From a virus, in IMG/VR virus record IMGVR_UViG_3300034101_006340, positions 32,001 to 96,000 of that record: DNA of 64,000 bases. One strand, given 5' to 3'. Shown piece by piece: positions 56,801-64,000 of this stretch. The translations under genes were made by a program, and so were the position numbers. The number at the start of each line of letters is the position of its first letter. Positions within the stretch are counted from its first letter, which is position 1. The notes under the pieces are model-generated. The model saw only the letters and a list, made by a program, of their open reading frames with translations, ran no database searches and was not told the origin of the DNA.

Positions 56801-59142
56801 ACAGAACTGTTTACTGTTGGCATTCTAACTAAATAGTCTTTACCATAATGTTGACCAAGTTCATCGGAAATATAAGAATGTAAATTTTGTAACATTGGCA
56901 TAACTCTGTTAGAAAACAAAACTGCTTGTGAAGGACTAACAGGATTGCCTGTATGATAATATCCATATGGACTTTTTTGTTTTCCAAGGCTTTTAGTAAT
57001 ACCAAAACCTCTTAACCTAAGAGAATTAGCAACTGCTGGACCAAGAGCGGAAGATATAGCAGTATATATGAGCCTAGCGGATGGTTTCCAAACATCAAAA
57101 GACAAAGAATCAAATAAATAGGCGATCCAGCTATCAAAACTTGCTTTAGCGGCACGGATCTCGTTTTCCATAATAGTCAAATAGCCCGAATCTGCTGTGT
57201 ATACTGGGAAAAAATTTGCTATATCACTAATGGGTATATTAACTTTAAGTTGTCTTAATTTACGATCATAAAAAACTCTTCTTGGATAACCATCAGAACC
57301 TATACCAAAATAAGGGCTTATAAGATCAAAATGAATAGGATATGCAGCTGATCCTGGTAAATTAGTATTTGCCAATGGATCGTTTATGCTTGTTAGAGAT
57401 ATCTGCGATGTTGCATAGCCGCCTAATGGTACAGATGTTGCTGTGGCACCCAGATTAAATGTTGCCCATGCCGAACTATTACGTTGAGCAGTAATTCCTC
57501 CGTTTATCATTATGTACGGATTGGGGGGACTACTCCACATTCGTTGAGCATCGGCTATTGGTTCTCTATAAATATTATGATAACTACCATTTCTTAAATT
57601 ATTAATACTCATATCATTTCTAACAGGCATAAAAGTATCAAGTAATGGATTATATATTCTAGAGTTTCTATACTTTGAAAGAGTGTGAGTCATAAACTGA
57701 GCTAGTCGTTCCTGTTTTCCTCCCATTACTACTTTTCTTACATTTTGATCCTTATATTCTTCTCCCAAATCATATGATACAACATTATCACCGGCTTGAA
57801 AACTTGTAATAAAATCACGCAGAACCTTTGGAGGATATTGAACCCTTCTAGAATATGTGTTAATAACAATTGCAGCGGTATATTGGCTCGATGTTGGTGC
57901 TGGTACCAGTGTACAATTCCAATCATAACCAGCTCCTTTACAGCAAAAATCTATAAATTCATCAAGAGGCATTGATGATGATAATGGTAAAAATAGATTT
58001 GGATCAGGACGAGGAACATTACTAAAATCAACTCTAAAAATTGGTCTTGGTAAATTATCAACAGCAGTAACTGTTCTTAATAGTCCAAGTTTTGTTAAAT
58101 CTGTAGAGGATTCTCCTCCTTGCGACGATATTGTTGTTCCAAGGGTGTCTATTAATACCTCTCCGTCTGGACTTATAGACAAAGGACTTCTACTAACTAT
58201 TCCACCATAAGGAGAAAATTTATTACGTGTGATTCCATTTGAATCAATTAAAACAGGATTTCCATCGCTATCTACAAAATTATCCCATTCTCCTCCTCCT
58301 AATAAAACTAACAAAGTGTCATAAACTTGAGCGGCACTAATTCCATAGTCCGAAACCCGAGCAAATCCATATCTAGGAGGAGTAGCATTTGATTGGTATT
58401 GTAGCCAACCAAAAACATTGATCAAATTTGGTATATTGCCGTAAGCAATTTCTGCCCCAAAAGACCCAGCAACGGTTGGGTCGTTGTACGGAACTGCTAT
58501 AGGTCTTCCTTGATCATTAGTGAATGGCATTAATGTGCTAACACTACCATAATAGTCATTGATAATTAATTTACATCCTTTTAATAAGCTTCCAGGACCG
58601 GTAAGGCTAACGCTGTAAACGCCGTTATCATATGTCCATCTATTAACAAAACCAGCAAAAACCAAATCTTCAAATCTAAAATAACAAGGAGCACCAACTA
58701 TTGAATATTTATCTCCTAAAAATCCAGGATCAGCGCTAACCCAATGATAAGGATTAGCATCATAATTATGGGCATTCCAGCATTTTTTTCCTAAATCTCG
58801 TATTACTATCGGATAAGAAGAACCACCTTCTATATTTGTATTAAAATCTTTTTTATTCTTTTCATAATTAATAATCGGTTTAAGATATTGTTGTGCTTGT
58901 GCTGATGCGGCTAAAGCCGTTGATGGAGTAGTGTTGTCTAATGTGCTATGAATACTGTCTATAGCAGTATTTAAACCATTATAGTCTCGTGAACGATGGT
59001 GTGCCACATAATCATTAACCAGTTTAACTTCACAGGTTGAAGCCTCAGAACCCCAAGCCAAAGTCATGCTGGCTTCTGTAACACTACATCCTAAAAATAT
59101 TGTTTGAGCATGTGGGCCTACCGCCCTATAGTTGGCTACCAT
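53890..59142 (-). CDS. 1750-aa putative tail/baseplate hub-like protein
   Basis: FLGCSVTEASMTLAWGSEASTCEVKLV and FEDLVFAGFV N-terminus, and late GRLTLAG...SIGLTFGNDGIRTTYHFRTF, recall hub/tail-tip proteins; position in the operon. Confidence 0.55.
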   Translation of the reverse strand: MVANYRAVGPHAQTIFLGCSVTEASMTLAWGSEASTCEVKLVNDYVAHHRSRDYNGLNTAIDSIHSTLDNTTPSTALAASAQAQQYLKPIINYEKNKKDFNTNIEGGSSYPIVIRDLGKKCWNAHNYDANPYHWVSADPGFLGDKYSIVGAPCYFRFEDLVFAGFVNRWTYDNGVYSVSLTGPGSLLKGCKLIINDYYGSVSTLMPFTNDQGRPIAVPYNDPTVAGSFGAEIAYGNIPNLINVFGWLQYQSNATPPRYGFARVSDYGISAAQVYDTLLVLLGGGEWDNFVDSDGNPVLIDSNGITRNKFSPYGGIVSRSPLSISPDGEVLIDTLGTTISSQGGESSTDLTKLGLLRTVTAVDNLPRPIFRVDFSNVPRPDPNLFLPLSSSMPLDEFIDFCCKGAGYDWNCTLVPAPTSSQYTAAIVINTYSRRVQYPPKVLRDFITSFQAGDNVVSYDLGEEYKDQNVRKVVMGGKQERLAQFMTHTLSKYRNSRIYNPLLDTFMPVRNDMSINNLRNGSYHNIYREPIADAQRMWSSPPNPYIMINGGITAQRNSSAWATFNLGATATSVPLGGYATSQISLTSINDPLANTNLPGSAAYPIHFDLISPYFGIGSDGYPRRVFYDRKLRQLKVNIPISDIANFFPVYTADSGYLTIMENEIRAAKASFDSWIAYLFDSLSFDVWKPSARLIYTAISSALGPAVANSLRLRGFGITKSLGKQKSPYGYYHTGNPVSPSQAVLFSNRVMPMLQNLHSYISDELGQHYGKDYLVRMPTVNSSVGADGVRRYDYEITDSGWEEPGNALDDTLVIGSTTADLLAQDNGKFGPILGWNNSAEQEYSFVRPPSTIGGAAVSNSMGRAMATLGKIGASNAWYYPLRTDGDFIGVPYTGIRESNFTSANPGLTDSFGVSVPNDRLYKIYQKASIPEKTLIFDNTIGVQYAMISASSPVFIHDADNLQKTILLDCALSYKEGEETASYSSVPNLRYMQNRFLDSVAGNSTAAYLMMTLAMADWALFQTNGGTVTVNNETNMPIHERAAMPCFAAIPVKYNMSLYGPWSTSPGEIADAIFPNTINNLTWVDNVVGGVDLDINSQYVPWEYGGMDALDTAVLTMLGDSNEYQQIEEAGRLTLAGIMLNNTNMGSKIFDNGPLCNSIGLTFGNDGIRTTYHFRTFSRKLGYFNKENADNIQKFGKQSMQFRSQLAENINKTRAEIKAQTQKMSRSYSISKAGNFSPVSVLVGAAYPFLHKNSTVNNFATQCQFDPGWPNKPIIPNSVPCDVKAPKHISAVSLYDPAEMDKALFEDGESYSRKSVMSLDGIFSPISLYPTPYFSTFPITKYRRSVCPQCMGVGDYTYNELLESTVTNADNISDIMSANTQKTIPCPFCLPDTQITEIKKISAQPAELTPPYLIGSGTDRTIINDRATAVQFQASIINNYTLNPIVLSATGADFNCLAHKQANDRCGYSIDVLAFGNVIPSGDDALRSALSEKPDNNYNDLDLNANDPRFTQNYRFFGLRGPLMLHSWGYDLEGYPVPNASGEYLLTANGIPVVDSSGNKIGKNQQLQSDGSYTSPYKERSFMKGWAQQPGAWPVGPIDLRWDDIGRVWTIGANYKPVWVVVEQDLVNDTPARGIVIESSYTNNPLPSGLRKLVFVKDNLGMFSAPRGAALYCKYDSVNGFYEPIYNRPLVTTGLMLGGNSATIYTAYTPSSVSGDIVSSYTAVFDNPLNIGISSNTIGLFTFLNGKWILQAST

Positions 59143-59157
59143 ATTAAATTTTTCCTA

Positions 59158-60666
59158 TTAATTTTTAGTATAAGACCATGTTTTATTTCTTGTTATTCTA
59201 TTTTCTCCAATATTAATTTTTTGATCATCAGCTGTTACATATCCAGAATAAGGCAAGCTAGGTCCTAAAGAATTAACTAAATTATCAATTGCTCTTAATA
59301 TTTGCATATCTACTCTTATATTACTAAATCCTGATGGTGGAGCAAACACTCCCTCATATGAAACCGATCTATTTCCTAGTCCTGAAGACGCTGTATAAAA
59401 ATACACCACCGGACCAAGTCTTCTTCCTAATACGGGAATTGTTGTATGACGAGGGACTGGGCTATTTTCATTAACTGTTAATGTTTCAGAAATAGCTCCA
59501 CTAATATAACTATTTGGCCTATTATCAAAAGTGAAATTATATGTGATTTCTCCATTATGAGGATTAAATGTTTCAACAAAATTTATTGGAGTTAAATTCA
59601 AAGGAGGTTTTGACCAAGAAGGATAAGGAAAAGAATAATCTGTATTTAATGAAGACACTAAATTATAATGTTGAGATATTATGCCAGTAAATAATCCTGT
59701 AATACCTTTATAGCCACTCATAGCACTATTATATTTAGTGCCACTGTTAATAATATTTGGCACACCAAATGGCGAAATGATACTTATACCTGATTTATGC
59801 ACAGATGGTGAAAGCGGTGTTTCTAAAATATTTATGCCTGTTGCCGGAGCTAATCCAATTATATTGCCTTTAATAGAAAGTTCTTCTGTAAAATCTTCTC
59901 TGATCTGTGTTGATACGGTATATTTATGAGTCCATGGGTCATTGGGCAATATCGGTTTAGATATAAACTTATCTGTAATACTAATGTTGCCTTCTAGTTC
60001 ATTAACGTCCAAAGTTCTAGTATGATTAAAAAGAGGAAATTTGCCTGTAGGTAATATACCAGTTAAAGGGAATAATGCTTTACGATCATTAATCCATCTT
60101 AGTGCTTCTACAATGGCACCACTTGATGCAAAATATCTGCTACCTTTAGCACTAGTAGTACGAGTAATATCATATAATGGATAAGTTGTATAACCAATCA
60201 TGTAATTTTCTGAAGAAACAGAAATACTAACATTATCATCAACACTTTCTACACGATAAACATTGGCTATATTATTAATAGGACTACCAGTAGTAGTAGC
60301 ATCAAAATCTATAGATATTTGATACTCTATAAGATTAGCGGCATGATTTTTATTAGTATCAAATTGTAATTTTGTAACATATCCGGTGCCGCTAATAACA
60401 GGGTTTGCCGTAGACCCTTCTTTTAATCCGAATATAAATCTTTCTGGGTTTGAAGACACAACCCCGGTTTGTAATGATATGGCTTTTTGTAATAGGTCAT
60501 TGACCCCGGAACCTACTATAACTCCATTGAGTTCTATGGTTTGTTTGCTACCAAGATATTGTTGAGATGATGTTCTATTTTTAGATATTGATGTTGTGAG
60601 TTTTGGAATAGGAAATCCGCTTGCGGGAGAAAATATATAGTTACCAAATTCTAGATAAGTATTCAT
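59158..60666 (-). CDS. Putative tail/baseplate protein, paralogue of the next gene
   Basis: Beta-rich; shares motifs with 60663..62201. The start at MNTYLEFG (AAGGA SD, ATGA-type overlap) is preferred over 60690. Confidence 0.65.
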   Translation of the reverse strand: MNTYLEFGNYIFSPASGFPIPKLTTSISKNRTSSQQYLGSKQTIELNGVIVGSGVNDLLQKAISLQTGVVSSNPERFIFGLKEGSTANPVISGTGYVTKLQFDTNKNHAANLIEYQISIDFDATTTGSPINNIANVYRVESVDDNVSISVSSENYMIGYTTYPLYDITRTTSAKGSRYFASSGAIVEALRWINDRKALFPLTGILPTGKFPLFNHTRTLDVNELEGNISITDKFISKPILPNDPWTHKYTVSTQIREDFTEELSIKGNIIGLAPATGINILETPLSPSVHKSGISIISPFGVPNIINSGTKYNSAMSGYKGITGLFTGIISQHYNLVSSLNTDYSFPYPSWSKPPLNLTPINFVETFNPHNGEITYNFTFDNRPNSYISGAISETLTVNENSPVPRHTTIPVLGRRLGPVVYFYTASSGLGNRSVSYEGVFAPPSGFSNIRVDMQILRAIDNLVNSLGPSLPYSGYVTADDQKINIGENRITRNKTWSYTKN

Positions 60667-62201
60667 ATATATCCTTTTTGGTATTCCCACGAAATTGTTT
60701 TACTATATTTCCCGCCCAAAACATCAAAACTTTCATTATTTTCTGTAATCCAACTAAAGTATTTTGGACCTCTAGGATTGTTGTTTGCAAGAGCCAGACC
60801 ACTTGGGTCAAATTCTCCCATAACTTGATTAATTCTTGTTTTCAAAGTGGCTGTAATGCCAGTAGGAGAAAACGGCCTAGGAAATGTAGCACTATATGTG
60901 ACTGATCTTTTAGAATTTGAATAAGTGCCTTGATCTTGAGCTAATGGCATTCTATAAAAAATATCTGGGAAATTATACGTTCTCAAAGCATAATTATCAT
61001 TCATGTCAATAGACTCATTAATAGCTCCACTAATCATAGCCAACGGTCGTGAATTGTAGCTATAATTATACGATATCGATCCTTGAACAATATCATGATC
61101 CACAGATATACTAGCCGGGAGTGGATTAATACCGGTATGAAAAAGATATCTTCCAGAACTAATAATAGCTTTATATAAACCAGTATTGCCTATCCATGAA
61201 GATAATACTCTATTAAAGATATTGGGTTTTACATGATTAAAGAATCCTCCGCTTGCTGCAAGCCATTTTGTTGAACCATAGCCTTGCGAAGTAGTATCGG
61301 TAGAAAAACTATCGTCGATAGTCTTTGTATAAAGACTAGTAGACAATGGATAAGACGCAAACCCTTGTACTTGCCCAGCAATTTCAACTGTTCTACGTAA
61401 ACTATTATCTATAGTACTGGTAATAGTATATGTGTCTATCCAGCCACTAGATCCAGAATATGCTGCAAAAGTATCTCTGATAGAATACGAACCATTAATA
61501 GGGTCTTTAGAAATTTCTGTTGATCTATCATAGATATATAAACCACTTAATATACTTGAGAATGCAATATTACTATTGGCAGTTAACCCAGAAACACATT
61601 TCACAGCATTTTCTAAAGCCGAAACGGTTTCGGTTTGTATTCCTTGAGCAGAAACTTCTCTAGTTATTGTATATGAAGGAAAATCTAAACCAATAGGTCT
61701 AAATTGAGAACCATTATAGTAAGCATTATCATCGTTTGTAGAAATATTATATGTATTAGTGAAATTAGATACTAGATATCCACTATCAGTTATATAGTTA
61801 ATAAAACCAGTAGAATATACTGATAAATTAATTGTATAATTAATAACTTGTAGCCATTGTTCGTCCGAACTATTTTCAAAAGAAAAACTATCAACTATTG
61901 TTTTTCCTTTTTCGCTTCTGTAAATATCCGTACTACATCGTAACCAAAGCTGTTGATAGTCTTGTTGTACAGCTGCTTGTAATCCTGATAGCTGAACCAT
62001 CAAATTATTGATACTGCTTTTATTTTTAGGAGTCCCGCTCTGATTAATTTCAGAACCAGCAGCATACAAAACACCGTTAAGAGTTATTTTGTCAACTGTG
62101 CCTACTCCATAGCCAGCATCACTACGTTGTATCTCTGTACTAATAGCAATATCAGGAACAGGTATAAAACTATATGTTCCGTATGTTAGTACTGTCGCCA
62201 T
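60663..62201 (-). CDS. Putative tail/baseplate protein, paralogue of the previous gene
   Basis: ITLNGV, Y.ITR..SA.G, G.I.YN....RP...ISGAI.E and RSV.Y...F..P shared with 59158..60666; AAGGA SD. Confidence 0.65.
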   Translation of the reverse strand: MATVLTYGTYSFIPVPDIAISTEIQRSDAGYGVGTVDKITLNGVLYAAGSEINQSGTPKNKSSINNLMVQLSGLQAAVQQDYQQLWLRCSTDIYRSEKGKTIVDSFSFENSSDEQWLQVINYTINLSVYSTGFINYITDSGYLVSNFTNTYNISTNDDNAYYNGSQFRPIGLDFPSYTITREVSAQGIQTETVSALENAVKCVSGLTANSNIAFSSILSGLYIYDRSTEISKDPINGSYSIRDTFAAYSGSSGWIDTYTITSTIDNSLRRTVEIAGQVQGFASYPLSTSLYTKTIDDSFSTDTTSQGYGSTKWLAASGGFFNHVKPNIFNRVLSSWIGNTGLYKAIISSGRYLFHTGINPLPASISVDHDIVQGSISYNYSYNSRPLAMISGAINESIDMNDNYALRTYNFPDIFYRMPLAQDQGTYSNSKRSVTYSATFPRPFSPTGITATLKTRINQVMGEFDPSGLALANNNPRGPKYFSWITENNESFDVLGGKYSKTISWEYQKGYI

Positions 62202-62225
62202 AATTATAATCCTTATAAATCATCA

Positions 62226-64000
62226 TTAAAGTGACCCAGAAACTGCGGTGCTATCTGGGTGATTTAATTGATGAATGTCCACAGTACAATTCCATAAAAT
62301 ATTAGCATCGCCAACACCCAAAGCATTGATTTGCATTCTTTGGGGCGCAACACCTGTCACAAATGACACAGATAGCGGGGGAGTAAGACCAGAAGTCCAC
62401 GAGCTACTATAGGAAGATGAAGTTCTGAATGATTGACTCTCTGAACCAAGTTTAATAGCTTGATATGCATTACTATCATTACGATAAAATAATACCGCTC
62501 CTTCTAATTTACCAGCAACAGCATTCCAGCCATCGCTAGATGGACCAAGCTCTGTATTACTAACAACAGGACTAATAAGTCCACAGTAAGTAATTGTATA
62601 ATTCCACACCCCAAGAATACCACTTCGTGATAGTTCATTACCGGCTTCTAAAGGATCAAATAATGTATCAATGGATATAGTATTCTGTTTGGTAACAGTA
62701 CCAGCGGATTCTTTAACAAAATCTGTACGTAGCTCAGTAGATGAAGCATTTGTGGTTCTACCTTTGAGCATATGGATAGTTGATTGATTAGATCCTCTAT
62801 AGCTGGTATAAGCAGTGCCATTAAATGGTGTGCCAGCAAAGGTTAGGCTGTTACGAGCGGTATTTAAGCGTCCAGCAGAATTTGGTCCGATGATAGCACC
62901 GGGAACTGCATTAGGATTATCATTACCAAATGATGGTTGGTATAAATATAACCCTTTAGCATTTGTTACCCATCCGCCGCCGTTGTAAACCAGCATTGCT
63001 CCATTACCAGCAGCGCCCATAGCAGTACCACCAGGAGTTGCTGATTGACTAAGACCGATATCAACACGACTAGAAATATCTGTATTGATATATACAGGCC
63101 ATATTCCACTATACACAGTGCTTAAATCAAGAGCGCCACGATAAACCTGGCCGTTATTAGGATTCACTCTTAAATATGTATTAGTAATACTAGAGCTAAA
63201 TCCATTATTTTCAACAAATTGTAAGCCATGGACTCTAGCAGTACCATTTACAAATAGTTTAATATTGTGTTCTTTCCAATCTGTAAGAACACCATCAATA
63301 GTTTTTTGGAATGTTTGCGTTGTTTCTACACCAACAGCTAAACTACCAGACTTTGGATAATAATGGAATCCAAGACCATTACTCGATGAGCCAGAGTTAT
63401 AGATAGAAAATAATTTATCGCTACGCCCAGCATTATTAAATACTGTACCGTGATTAGAAGAGCAGCTTAAGATAATATCACTGCTTCTATCAATTCCTAT
63501 ACCCTGAAATTCAGCGGCTTGTGATGCTGATAAGCCTCCTGTAGCACCTATTGTCATTACAGACGCAGCAGAAAAGAACTTTAGATCATTGCTACCCGAT
63601 TGAGCAGCCAATCTGTTTCCAAACAATATAACATTTGGCGGGGTTGTAGTCGAAGACAATAATCCATCCCCGGCTCGTACTGATAAAAATGTTCCTGTTA
63701 AAGAAGTAGGTAGATTAATTTGTTGAGTAACTGTATGCCTATAGAGATGTCCAGAAACACCAGTAATATTAAATACTTGAACGGCATTATACTGTGGTAA
63801 AGTTTTAAATAGTACTATTCTTGAACCATCGTCTTGATAAATATTAAGATCTGCTAAATCACCAATACCAGAGCCATTAATTCTTACATTATATACGGTT
63901 TCATCGTCTGATGTTTCGTTAATATATAACCCACTAGGAGTTAATGTAAAGCCCTCAAACGAGTTAGTTCCTCCTCCAATGGCTGGTAGAGTATATATAT
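62226..64000 (-). CDS. Putative tail fibre/virion protein; 5' truncated by the window edge
   Basis: By hand translation the frame of ORF 62226..63659 stays open to the window end (...IYTLPAIGGGTNSFEG...). Gly/Ser/Thr-rich, with a C-terminal KGRTTNASSTEL...LWNCTVDI domain. Confidence 0.65.
   Translation of the reverse strand, partial: IYTLPAIGGGTNSFEGFTLTPSGLYINETSDDETVYNVRINGSGIGDLADLNIYQDDGSRIVLFKTLPQYNAVQVFNITGVSGHLYRHTVTQQINLPTSLTGTFLSVRAGDGLLSSTTTPPNVILFGNRLAAQSGSNDLKFFSAASVMTIGATGGLSASQAAEFQGIGIDRSSDIILSCSSNHGTVFNNAGRSDKLFSIYNSGSSSNGLGFHYYPKSGSLAVGVETTQTFQKTIDGVLTDWKEHNIKLFVNGTARVHGLQFVENNGFSSSITNTYLRVNPNNGQVYRGALDLSTVYSGIWPVYINTDISSRVDIGLSQSATPGGTAMGAAGNGAMLVYNGGGWVTNAKGLYLYQPSFGNDNPNAVPGAIIGPNSAGRLNTARNSLTFAGTPFNGTAYTSYRGSNQSTIHMLKGRTTNASSTELRTDFVKESAGTVTKQNTISIDTLFDPLEAGNELSRSGILGVWNYTITYCGLISPVVSNTELGPSSDGWNAVAGKLEGAVLFYRNDSNAYQAIKLGSESQSFRTSSSYSSSWTSGLTPPLSVSFVTGVAPQRMQINALGVGDANILWNCTVDIHQLNHPDSTAVSGSL

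Larger units (their letters stand above)
1..64000. other. Fragment of a large tailed dsDNA bacteriophage genome (Caudoviricetes-like)
   Basis: Phage-type replication set (DnaE, DnaB, DnaG, SSB, RecA, NrdJ, PhoH, dNMP kinase, dCMP deaminase), free-standing nucleases, very large Gly/Ser/Thr/Asn-rich structural-type ORFs, near-zero intergenic space, many ATGA/TAATG overlaps, no ribosomal or housekeeping genes. Confidence 0.92.

Noticed and set aside
45817-64000. Diversity-generating retroelement targeting the tail proteins
   Set aside because: No reverse transcriptase and no visible template/variable repeat pair occur in this window; an exact repeat search was not run.
1-64000. Stop-codon reassignment (as in some large phages)
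   Set aside because: Genes tile the window in code 11, with TAA, TAG and TGA all ending full-length recognisable proteins.
1-64000. tRNA, rRNA or CRISPR arrays
   Set aside because: Intergenic gaps are at most about 115 nt and none shows cloverleaf or repeat-spacer structure.

Overview
This is a 64 kb, AT-rich (roughly 30% GC by eye), almost fully coding fragment of a large tailed dsDNA bacteriophage genome. It uses the standard genetic code, and I found no tRNA, rRNA, CRISPR array, integrase or transposase. It has four blocks. (1) <1-3749 (+): a papain-fold protein that appears to have lost its catalytic His/Asn, then an Asn/Ser-rich beta-solenoid protein. (2) 3751-19062: two divergent sugar-nucleotide/glycosylation operons (9 genes on -, 13 on +) driven by back-to-back promoters. 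Each carries an RpiB-nucleotidyltransferase fusion, a PfkB kinase, a HAD phosphatase, a cupin and glycosyltransferases. The cluster also has a GT9 heptosyltransferase split into two genes, AraD, transaldolase, a split transketolase, two methyltransferases and two SDR enzymes. (3) 19094-45315 (+): nucleotide metabolism and replication, namely dCMP deaminase, class II RNR, PhoH, RecA, DnaB, DnaG, dNMP kinase, a Cas4/AddB-like nuclease, an intein-free split DnaE with a DEDDh exonuclease between the halves, and SSB. A second cluster of GT-B glycosyltransferases and degenerate enzyme-like proteins, a homing-type endonuclease, a probable annealing protein and a YfaP-like membrane protein follow. (4) 45305->64000 (-): putative tail/baseplate genes, including a 2688-aa Cys-rich protein, a 1750-aa protein and two tandem paralogues. 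The best candidate for an undescribed system is the twin-operon, GmhA-independent heptose-like glycosylation machinery beside a possible virion target. All protein calls come from motif recognition by eye; no database searches were run.
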